Shown here: positions 51,323 through 64,000 of the stretch, piece by piece
How positions within the stretch are numbered: the first letter of the stretch is position 1
Layout of the letters: the number at the start of each line of letters is the position of its first letter
Assembly (NCBI GenBank): GCA_964016885.1
Contig: OZ024742.1
Coordinates: 296,360,001-296,424,000 of the forward strand
DNA length: 64,000 nucleotides
Origin: Eledone cirrhosa
Lineage: Eukaryota
Reading direction: 5' to 3'
Made by a program: the position numbers and the translations under genes
Notes under the pieces: model-generated
Databases searched by the model: none
What the model was told of the DNA's origin: nothing
The model's input: only the letters and a program-made list of their open reading frames with translations

Positions 51323-54300
51323 ATGACCTCACTCAGAATAGGCAGCATAAATGCGCGTGGCTTGGGGTCGTCATGGAAGCAGGGCCACATGCTCAACGAC
51401 CTCAGGTCACTAAACATAGATGTAGTGGCCATCAGCGAGACCAGAATCTCCGAAGCACGGGCCTTCACACCGATCTTCGACGACTACGATGCGTACGCAT
51501 CTCCCAGCCGTCCGGGATCGGGGGGAGGAGTTGCTGTGCTTTTTCGGAGAGGTTTGGATCTCGCCATACGGGCCATCTTCCTGGACCCAGAAGGTTAGTT
51601 GGTGGTGCTGGACGTGACCAGTGGAGACGGGAAAGATTTCAGGCTAGTGGCCGTCTATGCCCCGACAGGAGCAGGGCGGCCTGATTTCTTCCGGCGTCTG
51701 GAGACCTTTCTTGGAACGTACCGCTCTTTAGTGTTAGTGGGCGACTGGAACGGGATCTTAGATGCACGCTGGGACTGTGTGGGATCAGCGGATAGGGGAG
51801 GAGGGTGCAAGAGCCTCACCAACCTGCTCGGGCGTTTTGAACTGTCTGACAGGTACCGATTGGATTTCCCGAATGTGCCAATGTGGACTTGGACAAATCG
51901 CGTAGGGTCATCCAGATCATATCTAGATAGAGTATTTTGTAGGGAAATACATAGGTCTAGCATAGGCTGTCCACAATTCAAGATAGTCAGCTACACGGAC
52001 CACAAATTCGTGATCTGTGTACTTGACTCAGATAGGCTTCATAGACGAGGACTCGGCTACTGGAAGGTAAACGCGTCCTTACCAGCGCGCAAGGCCTACA
52101 GAGACCGGATTAGCGAACTAGTTAATCGGGCGTTGACGGGGGCCATCGTCAACAACAAGTGGTGGTTTGCTCTGAAAAGAGCAATTAGAATAGAGTCCAT
52201 TAGGTTTAGTAAGGCTTTAGCAAAGGAGAAAAATAGAGCAGAGGGAGAATTAGTTAGAAAATTAGACGAGGCGCTTAGCAAAGGCATCGCGACCGACATT
52301 CTTGCGGCGAAATTGGCCCTTGACCAATTCTTCAAAGCACGAAGGCTGCGTTGTCAAAGCTAGGGTTCGTACTCTCAGACACGAAGGGACGAAAGCCGTT
52401 CAATGGGCCCGAGTGGCGGAGACGCGTCGTGGCAACAAAGCCACGATCCAGTCTTTGGTGGACCACGACGGGCGCATGCTACTCGTTCCTGGTCAAATGT
52501 GTGAAGCTTTCCAGCGACAATTCGGCCAGCTGTTCAGGGGCAGCGGCGGGCCGAATCGAGGGATGGACTTTAGTGTCTACCTCGACGGACTGCCGCGACT
52601 CTCGGCCACTGAGATGGAGTGTTGCAAAAAGCCGATAACAGCCGCTGAAGTACGGGAGGCAATGGCTGGCTGCACAAGGGGTAAATCGCCTGGTTTGGAT
52701 AGTCTTCCCTATGAACTTTACGTACAGATGCCAGACTTGTTCGGAGGCCTCTTGGCGGACGTCTACAGCAATTGGCAACAGAACGGGAGAATTCCCAGTT
52801 CTGTGAGCCGAGGAGCTGTGGCGCTGCTGAGAAAGGATCTGAACAAGTGGGATAACATAGATAATTTCCGGCCCATAATTCTGCTAAACACTGAGTTCAA
52901 GATTTTGGTCAAGGTGCTAGCAAAGAGGTTGGCGCTTGTCGTTGGTGGTCTGGTGGGAGAGGCGCAGACGTACGCCATTCCCGACAGATCCATCCACGAC
53001 AACCTCCACCTCATGCGATACATCGTAGAGAGGGTAGCTAGGGAACCTGACACGGGTGGGTCCTTGATCAATTTAGATCAGTCGAAAGCTTTCGATAGGG
53101 TCGACCATCGTTATCTAGCGGCAGTCCTGAGGGCGGCTGGCTTTGGGCCCGTCTTCAGAGGCTGGATCGCGGCCATGCACAGCGACATCTGCTCTGTGGT
53201 GAGAGTGAACGGTCACCTTTCGGAACCGTTCAACATCATGCGCTCGGTCCGCCAAGGATGTCCCCTCTCGTCCCTCTTGTACGTATTGACTCTCGAGCCA
53301 TTACTGCACAAACTGGAGACATTGGGGGAGGTCCCGCGCGAATTAGGAGCTGAAGATCCGTGTCAGCATATGCGGACGATGTCACCATAGTGGTGTCGAA
53401 CGCCAAACACATCGAGGCGATCGGCACTACACTAAGAGAATACGAAGCGGTGACAGGAGCAATGATCAACCAGGAAAAGTCAGTGGGCCTGCAGCTCGGC
53501 ACCTGGAGAGGCAGGTCCATGCCGTCCAACAGCGTCATCGGGTGGTGGACGGACGGACCGGTTAAATTGCTAGGGTCTGGTTCAGACCGGACCTCCAGAC
53601 GGACAAAAACTGGGACGAGTGGACGAGCAGGGTGGCTTTTCTCACCCAGAAATGGGCGGAGAGGAAGCTATCCCTGAAAGGTCGAGCGAAGGTGGCTAAC
53701 GCGTACATCGCGTCTGTCATCTACTACCGCCTGACCATCGTACCTTGTCCTAAGCCCCGCCTGACTGCGCTGGAGCATTTGCTCTTTCGCTTTTTGTGGA
53801 AGGGATGAGCTCCGATGGTCAGGCGGTCCATCTGCTGTCAACACCCGCTATGTGGAGGGCTTGGCATGCCGTGGCTGATGATGCGCAGACACGCGCTCAG
53901 GCTACGACATCTCCACCTCTTCCTTGACGGTGATCAGGTGTGGTTGCCGTTTGCTAGACACATCTTTCCCCAGCTCGTCTCCTTGATGGAGCTGCAGTCT
54001 TGGGTCAAGCGAAGACCGAGAGGGAGCGCTTGGAGACTGGAATGTCTTCAGGCGCTCACAGCCCTCGACCAATCGGGCAATGTGATCGGTGGAAACTCCA
54101 CCTTGGCGTTCTATAGAGGGTTAGTGGAGGGGAAGAGCGACGACGTACTTGGAGAAACTCTAGGCGTCGACGAAAATCAACTAGCCAATCTCTTCGGAAG
54201 GACTTTCGGGCCGGGGCCTATGGACAACTTCCAGAAATCTCTGGCCTGGGAGTGCTACCGAGGAGCTTTGCCAGTTCGGGATAAACTCTACAGGCATGGA

Positions 54301-54392
54301 GGTGCCATCATTCGGGCATGTCCGAGATGTGCACAGGGCGACGAAACCGTCCTGCATGCACTCGTCCAGTGTCTGAGCATTGCTGACTTGTG
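51323..54392 (+). pseudogene. Tx1 ORF2, disrupted
   Basis: Same APE/RT/CCHC motifs as copy A; stops at 51596 and about 53806, frameshifts near 52336, 53350 and 53572. Confidence 0.92.
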
Positions 54393-54705
54393 TAAATTAA
54401 AGGTGGAAAACTGGGAGAGGGCATTTGCCCTGGTGGTCAGGGTCACTGTGGCCTTTTAATGGGCTTTCTCCACAAATGACCCTCGAAAGTCTACCCCCTA
54501 TTGGGGAATTTTTCATTGTTATTTTTTATTACACCCTCTATTTTTTTTACACGCAGAAATGCCCATTTATACCGTCCTGTATTGTCCTGTACTGTCCTTA
54601 ATGTCTACTTTATGTAAACCCTTGTGGTTAATAAAGAAAGCATTATTTCTGGCAATATTATTACCACAATATGACGCTCCCCATATATATATATATATAT
54701 ATATA

Positions 54706-54971
54706 TTAAAGTAATTAAGTCAAATATTTAAAATTTGCTTCGTTTATTAAAGATGTACTGCTATATATATTTCGGTGACAGTCATCATTGCCTGTGACCT
54801 CTTCAGGCAGTCCGAATAGGTGTGGTAGAGACAGGTACACATGTTGTTAAAGAGTTTTACTCCGTCAATACTCCGATATGTCCAGCTCCTGGTTGGCTTG
54901 TTATTTCTCTGAGGAACTGGAATCATATCTGCATACTGAAGTGTCGGTAAACAACCAACATATATTCAGAA
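54706..54971 (-). mobile_element. PLE pLTR-like remnant with hammerhead, inside (TA)n
   Basis: Non-coding segment between TA tracts; hammerhead followed by AATAAA on minus strand. Confidence 0.65.
54757..54811 (-). ncRNA. Minimal type I hammerhead ribozyme
   Basis: Minus strand ACTGC CTGAAGA GGTcACAG gcaatgatga CTGTcACC GAAAT atat ATA GCAGT. Confidence 0.75.
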
Positions 54972-54996
54972 TATATATATATATATATATATATAT

Positions 54997-56897
54997 GGAT
55001 AGTAAACCAAGTCATACAGAATGGGGTTGTTCCGAAGGACTGGCGTAGCAGCATCATCGTTAACTGTTACAAGGGTAAAGGAGACGCCCTAGATAGGAGT
55101 AACTATAGAGGCATTAAATTAATCGACCAGGTCATGAAGGTCACGGAAAAGGTAATAGCGCAACTAATCAGAGAGAGAATTGATCGAGATGAAATGCAGT
55201 TCGGGTTTGTGTCAGGCAAAAGTACCACAGACGCTCTTTTCATTGTACGATAAGTACAGGAGAAGTACCTAGCTAAAAGTAAACCCCTATACTTAGTTTT
55301 TGTCGACTTGGAGAAAGCCTTCGACAGAGTCCCCCGTTCCATTATCTGGTGGGCTCTTAGAAAACTAGGTGTTGACGAATGGCTTGTGAGAGCTATACAA
55401 GCCATGTATAAAGAAACAGTCAGCAAGGTTAGAATTAACAACGAATATAGTGAAGAGTTTAGCGTAAAAGTTGGTGTCCATCAGGGCTCTGTTCTTAGCC
55501 CCCTACTATTTATTATTGCCCTTCAGGCTATAACAGAGGAGTTCAAGACCGGCTGCCCATGGGAACTCCTATACGCAGATGATCTAATACTCATAGCTGA
55601 ATCAATGGCCGAGCTAGAGAAGAAATTCCAAACATGGAAGCACGGCCTAGAATCGAAAGGCCTTAAAATTAACCTGGCTAAGACTAAAGTTCTAGTTTGT
55701 AGGAAAGAAAATAAGGTGCCGGTCCCTTCCGGGAAATGGCCATGCTCAGTGTGTAGGAAAGGCGTAGGTAGAAACTCTATTTTGTGTCCCAAATGCAAAG
55801 TATGGGTGCATAAAAGATGTAGTGGGATCACAGGTAAGCTAACTAAGAACACAGATTTTACATGTGGCTGGTGCTCTGGTGCAATAAGTAGCAGCAAGTG
55901 CCCACAAAATACTAGCTCTTTCAATTGCGCAGAGGGTTCTATAGAAATAGTGGACAGCTTCCGTTACCTGGGTGACAAAATCAGCAGTGGGGAGGGTGCT
56001 CTGAAAGTACAGTAGCTAGAGTCAGAACTGGATGGAAAAAGTTCAGAGAGCTTATACCACTATTAGCCGCTAAAGGGTTCTCCCTAAAAATGAAAGGCAG
56101 GTTGTATGATGCCTGCATATGAACAGCAATGTTGCATGGCAGTGAGACCTGGGCATTGTGTGCAGAGGATATACACAGACTAGAGAGGAACGAAGCTTGC
56201 ATGCTCCGCTGGATGTGTAATAGTAATATACGTGAACGGCAAAGCATAAACGAACTAAGGAAAAAATTAGAAATAAGAGGGATCAGATGTTTTTTACTCG
56301 AGAGAAGGCTACGTTGGTATGGTCACGTGATGCGCATGAAAGACATACAGCTGTATAACAAAGTGCAGGGCAATAAAGATAGACGGTAGCCACGGAGTAG
56401 GCAGACCCAGAAAAACTTGGGACGACCTGATAAATTCCAACCTCACACACTTACACCTCTCCAAGACAATGTCACTGGACCGAGACCTTTGGCAGTACTC
56501 AGTAACAGAGAAGACCCGCCTTACCTAAATACAAAGTAAAACCTACTACAGTCAGTAGGCATCTCTAACAAAATACACCCCCGTCCCACCACCCCCACCC
56601 CACCCACACCACCCCTTTCAATGCAAAGTTATGTTGGTGCCACAACATCCAGGCCGAAACAAATGAGATCGTGTAGGTGTCACGACAAAAAAGACACAGT
56701 CCACACTGTAATGTGGCCGTGTAGGCAACACGGTAAAAACCTCCCAGTCCCACACTGTAAATGTGGTTGGTGTTAGGAAGGGCATCCAGCTGTAGAAGAC
56801 CCGCCAGACAGTCCTATGCGAGCAAGACAACCACTCTTGCCTCAAGTGGGAAAACCCCCGTCCAAACCCATGCAAGCGTGGAACATGGACGTTAAAC

Positions 56898-56927
<30 letters not shown>
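54997..56927 (+). mobile_element. RTE (PHD-insert family) LINE, 5'-truncated; longest copy
   Basis: NYRGIKLI, DLEKAFDRV, QGSVLSPLLF, LLYADD, PHD-like insert, FRYLG, RRLRWYGHV; (GAT)n tail. Confidence 0.92.
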
Positions 56928-56928
<1 letters not shown>

Positions 56929-57637
56929 GGAGGTTCATATTGTTGTAATAATATTGCAAGAAATTACATATATATATAAGATTATTAACTAAAATTTGCA
57001 CATTCTAAAACCCTCATCTCTTGCAATGTATGAGATAAAAATATAAAGATGAAAATCCTAAAATATTTATATTTCCTTTCAGAAATGATGAACTGCAAAT
57101 ATTCTAATTTCCAACATCTGAGATTCTAATGAAGAAAATATTAAATATTAGAATAAATGAATGTATTGTGTATGCTACAAATCTCTGAAATCCTGGAATT
57201 CGAAACTTTGCTAAAATATATGAATCACTAAGATTTATACAATGTTATCCGAAAATATACTGTGATGCTATTTGAGACAACTGAAAACTCTTCATTGTGT
57301 CAGGGACATGAGCACATTCGTAGTGCTGGTGACACAATAAAATACCCTGAGTTAATTCTATAAAGTGCTACTTCTGGTTCTATTATAAAATACACCTAGT
57401 TCATTCTGTAAAATGATAGTGCTGGCATCACAATAAAATGCACCTAGTGTACTCTGTAAAGTAGTTGACATTAAAAACATAATCCAACTGTAGACACCAT
57501 AGAAAAACCAGAACATATGTTAGCAAGAAGTGGTCCTTTAGCCTCTCTAAGAGAACAATAGCCCCAGTCAAGTACTTATTTGTTCTCTAATAATCTGTCC
57601 AACCTATGCTAGCCTGAAAAAGTGGATGTAAAATAAT

Positions 57638-57812
57638 AATTGTTTCTACTTTTGGTACAAGGCCAGCAATTATCCCAGTGTATTACTGATACTTTATTTT
57701 ATCGACCCGTAAGGATGAAAGGCAAAGTTAACCTCGGCGGGATTTGAACTCAGACCATAAAGGGCCGTAACTCTTTGCTGCAAAGCATGGTGTCCGACCC
57801 TCCACTGCCAAT
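57638..57812 (-). mobile_element. SINE family 2
   Basis: Reverse complement of 61395-61584. Confidence 0.85.
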
Positions 57813-60169
57813 GATGATGAGCCAAAATATATAGAATTTCTTATGTCAGGTAATATATTGTTTCATTTTTCAAATAATTCTTAAATAAAACTAAATAAAT
57901 TGATCTTACATATATCTCTCCTCAGAAAGTATTTATCATATGTTTTGATTATAAGTTCTTCAGATAAAACTAAATAAAAAGCATATACCATTAGTTTCCA
58001 AATACAGTTCTAAAGTATATTAAACATTAAAACCCTACTCTATCTTCTGGATACATAGAGATATTAGGAACTAACACCACAACAAGTTCATGTGAGCTCC
58101 AGAACGGATTTTTCTTTTTTTTTTTCTCATTGGGCTTAATACCAGCGCTTTACAACACCCTATGCATTGATGAGACTACAGTAAGGTGAAATGTTTGAAC
58201 TAAGGACACAAAGAACCAGAGCAGATACTTGCAAAGCATTACATTCAACACTAATAACACTGTTCTGGGCTGGTACTTTATTTATTGGCTCCCAAATAGA
58301 GAATGATTTGAACTCAAAAGTGCATCTTGTCCAACACTAGTCATTACACCATATCTTTATCGAAAGACAAAAATTAATAATGGCAGAATTTGAATTAAAA
58401 ATGCTAAACTTAAACAAATCACGATGTGCTTAAATTGACAGAGCATTTAATCTCTTTTGACCTGCAGTGGAGAAGACAACCTCTTTAATGTACAATCACT
58501 ACTTCCGGTAAAGTGGCTGATGAACAAATTGAAGCAGTGTAGAAAAGACACTCTGACTTGACAAATTTCTCACATGTTGTTGCCATGATAAAATGCACCC
58601 AGTACACTCTGTAATGTGAGTGTTAAAAAAACTGAAACAATATAGGATGGAGAGGGTTTTTTAATCTCACTGAGTACATGATAGTCTCTCTAAAATGCAT
58701 CCACTACAAAGTGGGATGCATTAGGAAGGACATGCAGCCATAGAAATCATGCCATATTTAAACATATGAACAATTGTGTTTCTCCAACCAGTGTAGTCTC
58801 TGACTTTGGCAACTTGTCCAACCCATACTAGCATGGAAAGCAGAGGCAAAATGATGATAATGCTGATGAAATAACCCTAGATTAGCAGTGACACCCAAAA
58901 TGTAGTAATAGAGATCCATGTTTAACATTTTATGTACTTTGTGATATTTATAAAAAAACATAAACTACTGAGTATTATTCTTCTACATAAACTATTGAGT
59001 ATACACATCTCTCTATTTCAATTGTTATTCTTAACATACAACATTCTGGAAAGGATGGGGTTGGGTGGAGTGTAATTGTAGCGGTGGATGAGGTTCTGTG
59101 ACAAAATTCATTTAATTATCTAACATTTAATTTAGTCTTGTTTCATAATTTAAGGCAGTCTATAGAAATGACAATTTAAATTTCCTGATAGTTCTATAAA
59201 TCAGTTTATAATATATAACATTAGTTATTTATGAAGAAACATATATATATATATAAATAGAGAGAGAGAGAGAGAGAGAGGGAGGGAGGGAGAGAGAGAG
59301 AGAGAACATCATAGTCGCTATTTAACATAATTTTCATGCTTGCACAGGTTAGTTGTGCTATCATGTACTGAGACTTGTCATGTCAGGAAACCATATCTCA
59401 CTTGTATGCCTCCTTTTTGGGGTTGGTTTCTATGGTTGAATGTCCATCCTAACCCCAACCACTTTACAATATGTACTGGGAACATTTTATCATGACTCCA
59501 GCACTATCGCCTTACAGGGTGGATTTGGTGCTTTTTTTTTCTGGTACCAGCACTACCACCTTAGAGTGTGGACTTTTCATTGTGGCACTTTACAGACTAA
59601 CACTTTACAGAGTAGGCTAGGTGCCTTTTCATTGTGGTACCTGCACTGGTGAGGCATTGATGAGATTTGGGGAGGTCATGTTACTGTGAGTGAGGAAGTG
59701 TTGGGTCATGAATGTGACCTTTAAGAAAATGAATCATGTCTAATTGTATATTGTATGACATGCTTGGCCTTCCATGCTGGCATAGTTTTAACAAGGAAAT
59801 TGAATCAGCGATGTGGGTGGGAGTAAAGAAGTACAGTTTTCCTCCATGCTCATATGGGCTGGACAAGGAAGGTATATTGGGGAAGTTGGAATGTGGGAGG
59901 GGGAAGCACAATATGGAGTAGAACATTTTTTCTTTCGGTTCTGGCATGGATTAGACAAGAAATGTGGGGGCAAAGAATGTGAATTGAGGGGAAAATTTAA
60001 TAGTAATGGGATAGTTGATGGATTTATATCTTGATGAGTCTCTTGAAAGACTAAAGCTTTATTATTATATTTTCTTAACCAAGTGATAAACAGTGTTTTT
60101 ATTACTTCTTCTGGCTATTATAATTCATTAATATATTATTCTGTACACTACAGGAAGACATTTAGACAT

Positions 60170-60202
<33 letters not shown>

Positions 60203-60675
60203 TTCCCACTCTACTACCCTAAGTATCGAGTACTCTCATGAGTAATGATCTAACGAATTTTACCACTTCCATTCTGATGTATATAAATATATATGATGTA
60301 TATATACATCAAATTATCGTTATAAGTAATCCAGTTACTCTGTAATGTGGATAGTTTTAGCGTACAGCGTTATTTGACTCAACAAGAGGTTTCCTTAGGT
60401 AGCGAGTTTGTGAGTTCTCGGGAATTCCTATGCAGGTTAATCTTGGAGTAATAATAGTGAAAGAGTGAAGAATACCATGGTCAACAGTACAAAAAGGGTT
60501 TTATTTACAGTATTAACAATTGTTTCATTGATTAAGTTATCTAAAAATTGCTAATCACTTGAAGTTGTGTCACTCAATTTTAAATACAATGCTTAAGCAT
60601 GCATTGTATTTAAAATTGAGTGACAACTTAATCATATATATATATATATATATTTTTTTTAATTTAATTTTATTT

Positions 60676-60993
60676 TTTTTACGTCCGCTTATTCCCTACT
60701 TGCAAGGGTGGGACGGGAACTGGTTTGGGCTTGATTTTCTACAGCTGGATGCCCTTCCTAACACTAACCTCATTTACAGTGAGTGCTGGGTGCTTTTTTG
60801 CCGTGGCACCTCCACGACCACTTTTCAGTGGAATGATATGGACCCCAGTCCCTATCATCTCATTTCTACAGCTGAGTAAACTGGAGCAATGTGAAATAAA
60901 GTGTTTTGCTCAAGGAAACAACACATCACCCGGTCTGAGAATTGAACTCACAACCTTTCGATTGCAAGGCCAATGCTCTAACCACTAAGCCAT
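60676..60993 (-). mobile_element. SINE family 1
   Basis: Near-identical to 40323-40667. Confidence 0.9.
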
Positions 60994-60998
60994 ATATA

Positions 60999-61104
60999 TA
61001 TTCTGATGATTTGATTATACATACATTGTATTTAAAATTGAGCGACACAACTTCAAGTGATTAGCAATTTTTAGACACCCTAATCAATGAAACAATTGTT
61101 AATA
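60999..61104 (+). ncRNA. Minimal hammerhead ribozyme with long stem II insert
   Basis: tatt CTGATGA tTTGATTA...TAATCAAt GAAAC aatt GTT aata, then ctgtaAATAAA. Confidence 0.7.
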
Positions 61105-61394
61105 CTGTAAATAAAACTCTTATTGTACTGTTGACCATGTTATTCTTCACTCTTTCACTATATATATATCATGTTACTTGTCTAGAAACCAAAATGACTC
61201 TTTAATTAGACAGAAATCTTCAATTACAAGAAATGAATATAATTATATCAATTAGTATTAGGTTGGCAAAAATTAGTAGTAGTAGTAATAGTAGTAGGAG
61301 AAAAAAAAGCAGAAGAAAACGATGATGATGATGACAATGATGATGATATTTTTGACGAACATCACTGTTGTAGAGCAAACCACAGCTATGGTAG

Positions 61395-61584
61395 TGGGTG
61401 GATTGGCAGTATCGGTAGAGGGTCGGGCACCATGCTTTGAAGCATAGAGTTACCTCCCTTTATGATCTGAGTTCAAATCCCGCCGAGGTTAACTTTGCCT
61501 TTCATCCTTACGGGGTTGATAAAATAAAGTACCAGTAATGCACTGGGATAATTGCTGACCTGGTGCCAAAAGTAGAAACAATTA
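61395..61584 (+). mobile_element. SINE family 2
   Basis: Full consensus-like copy ending agtagaaacaattatt. Confidence 0.88.
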
Positions 61585-61589
61585 TTTAG

Positions 61590-62230
61590 AATAGTTCCTA
61601 TTATATTGACTGTGTCAGTGGATTTAGACAGAGAGAACAACAAAAGACCAGGTGGCATCCCAATATTTTTTTGTTCTGAGGTGGTAAGTCTCTAATTTGT
61701 GATGCGACCTGTAGTGATACCTCCTTCAGGGTAACCTGATGAATTCATTGTCAGAATCATGCTTTGACACTTGACAAACTAAGGATTGCAGATTCAGATA
61801 TTACTGGCTGCTCTCTTTGAACTTCCTTTAAGCATAGTACAAGAGGCAACTTCAAGATTTCTGGTCTTTGAAGAATGGATTCAATTACATTATTACTGAT
61901 GACAGATTTGGAGTTAAGAACAGCCAGCCTCAAAATTTCTTCCATTGGAAAAGAATATGATTCTTATCAGAAAACAGAACAGAAAATAAATCATTTCCAG
62001 GGCCTAAACACCTTTATAGAAAGCTTTTGAGTCTTTCTTGTTTGTTGCTTCCTTGAGTTCAGCAGCTTTAGATGAACACCTAGATGCCTTCATTCTCATG
62101 ACGGTAGATTGCACCTGATTTGGGGCATTCTTTGTATTCATGCTTTTTGATATTGAGGTTTTTATCATTGATCTAGGTCATGTGTGAATTATGCATCTTT
62201 TTGGTAAGCTGTTTAACATCAGCATTATTA
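61590..62230 (-). pseudogene. Old, degenerate RTE (BovB-like) EN-RT linker; probably continues at 63515-63990
   Basis: VLNSKSVISNNVIESILQRPEILKL..CLKEVQ..LSSVKA resembles the RTE linker preceding the RT. Confidence 0.5.
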
Positions 62231-62254
62231 TCCTGACAGCACTTATATTATTAT

Positions 62255-63512
62255 CCTGACCTCGCACTTATAGCTGAATCTATGGTAGAACTAGAGAAGA
62301 AATTCCAAACTTGGAAGCAGGAACTAGAAAGAAAGAGTCTCAAAGTCAACCTGACAAAGACTAAGGTCCTTGTAAGTAGACTAGAAAACAAAACCCAGAT
62401 CCCCTCAGGGAAATGGCCATGCTCAGTATGTAGGAAAGGTGTAGGTAGGAACTCCACTCTCTGCCCCAAATGAAAACAATTGGTACACAAGAGATGTAGT
62501 GGGATCTCAGGAAGCTTAATTAAGAATGTAGGCTTCACATGTAGCAGCTGTGCTGGAAAAGAAAGCAGCAAACAGCCACAGGAAACAAGTACCACCAATC
62601 TCTGGGAGGGCTCTATAGAAACAGTAGACAGCTTCTGCTACCTAGGTGACCGAATTAGCAGCGGAGATGGATGTTCAGAAAGTACAATAACTAAGGTAAG
62701 AATGGAAGAAGTTCAGGGAACTACTGCCACTGCTAGCTGCAAAAGGCTTTTCCCTCAAAATGAAAGGCAGACTGTATGATGCGTATATACGAACAGCAAT
62801 GTTACATAGTAGTGAGACCTGGGCACTGAAGGTGGAAGACTTACGTAGATTAGAAAGAAACGAAGCCTGCATGCTCCGATGGATGTGTAATAGTAATATA
62901 CGCGAACGGCAAAGCATAAATGAATTGAGAGAGAGACTGAGCATAAGAGGAATCAAATGCTGTGTGCAGGAGAGGTGGTTGCATTGGTATGGATATGCGA
63001 TGCGTATGAAGGATGACAGCTGCATAAAAAGGTGCAGAGAAACTAGAAGTCGATGGAAACCACAGAGTGGGGAGACCCAAGAAGACCTGGGATGAGGTGA
63101 TAAAAGCCGACCTTACCCAATTACACCTCTCAAAGGTGATGACACACGACCATGACTGCTGGCGTCACGCAGTAATACAGAGTACCCAACCTCTCATGGG
63201 TACAAGCTGAAACATATAGACAATATGCCCCCACACCCTCCCACTGCAAAGTGGTCATGGAGGTGCCACGGCAAAAAAGCACCCAGCCCACACTATAAAA
63301 TGGACGTGTAGGCGCCACGGAGAAAAGCACCCAGCACTCACTGTAAATGAGGTTGGTGTTAGGAAGGGCATCCAGCTGTAGAAATCAAGCCAAAATCAGT
63401 TCCTGTATGAGCAAGGCATGGTCAGCCGGCCAGACACTGCCCACAACAAGACAACCCGTCTAACCCATGCTAGCATGGAAAAACGGACGTAAAACGGTGA
63501 TGATGATGATGA
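62255..63512 (+). mobile_element. RTE (PHD-insert family) 3' fragment
   Basis: GKWPCSVCRKGVGRNS..HKRCSG..FCYLGD..MLRWMC; (GAT)n tail. Confidence 0.9.
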
Positions 63513-64000
63513 CAGCAATCCTGATGCTTCTGCACAGGGAAGTCTAATACCTCTAAGAAAGTGGTATAGGTGATGTTTCTGATGGATTTGTAAGATGATT
63601 CACTCTCATCAGTTATCTCCCCTAAATTAATGTTATATTTAATAAATAATAATAATAATAATAATGAAATTATTGTGTACAGTGCTCAGGTGCAGATCAT
63701 GAGATATTATTGCCATTTTCAGTTCTAGGGTGGAATTGTTATATTGGAACATATGGACATTCCATGATCAAAGGTTTAAATCCTTGTTAGATTTTATATT
63801 GTAGTACAGGAAAACCAGACAGCTGCAGTGGGCTGCCAATATAGAAAGCAGAGCTGTATCTAAATAGATCTGCTTTGGCACAATTGCTTGCTCAAAGTTT
63901 TGTACATGAACGGTTGTCACTCAATGATCACCACAGTTCAGAGATCCAGCTAGTGACTGCCAGTAATATGAATTACTTATCGATGTTGTCTAATATATAT

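Larger units (their letters stand above)
49136..54641 (+). mobile_element. Near-full-length Tx1/L1-clade LINE, copy B (different 5'UTR/ORF1; ~340-bp deletion at ORF2 3' end)
   Basis: Starts after (ATT)n; ORF2 near-identical to copy A; ctgacttgtg joined directly to taaattaaagg at about 54392. Confidence 0.92.
60310..61161. mobile_element. Tail + inverted pLTR-like element with hammerhead, interrupted by a SINE
   Basis: About 60454-60591 is the reverse complement of about 61024-61161; tail 60310-60453; local fold-back 60564-60627. Confidence 0.75.

Noticed and set aside
42993-53538. Numerous antisense and alternative-frame ORFs over the Tx1 elements
   Set aside because: Shadows of GC-richer coding sequence and low-complexity tracts; no motifs.
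54380-54400. Copy B 3' deletion as a spliced-out intron
   Set aside because: The deleted segment does not end in AG; the junction shows only TG microhomology.

Overview
AT-rich, microsatellite-dense eukaryotic (animal) DNA. The repeat repertoire suggests a cephalopod such as Octopus; that is inference only. No host protein-coding gene could be identified with confidence, and the window is almost entirely nested mobile elements. These are: two near-full-length tandem Tx1/L1-clade LINEs (APE-RT-CCHC) with near-identical ORF2 but different ORF1/5'UTR, plus 3' fragments; many RTE-clade LINE fragments (one family with a PHD finger inside the RT, one with three C-terminal C2H2 fingers); two SINE families; a decayed Rep/Helicase Helitron and a non-autonomous Helitron; a hAT (Charlie-like) element with TIRs and TSD; and three 5'-truncated GIY-YIG Penelope-like elements (Naiad-like Cys pattern). 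The most striking non-annotated signal is RNA-level. At least seven distinct hammerhead ribozyme motifs were read by eye, two with a compensatory U3-A8 core and one in a ~0.5-kb tandem retrozyme-like unit. A set of 'tail + fold-back hairpin' elements sits in (TA)n tracts, and their fold-back apices often coincide with hammerhead helices. All alignments and folds were done by eye and need computational confirmation.
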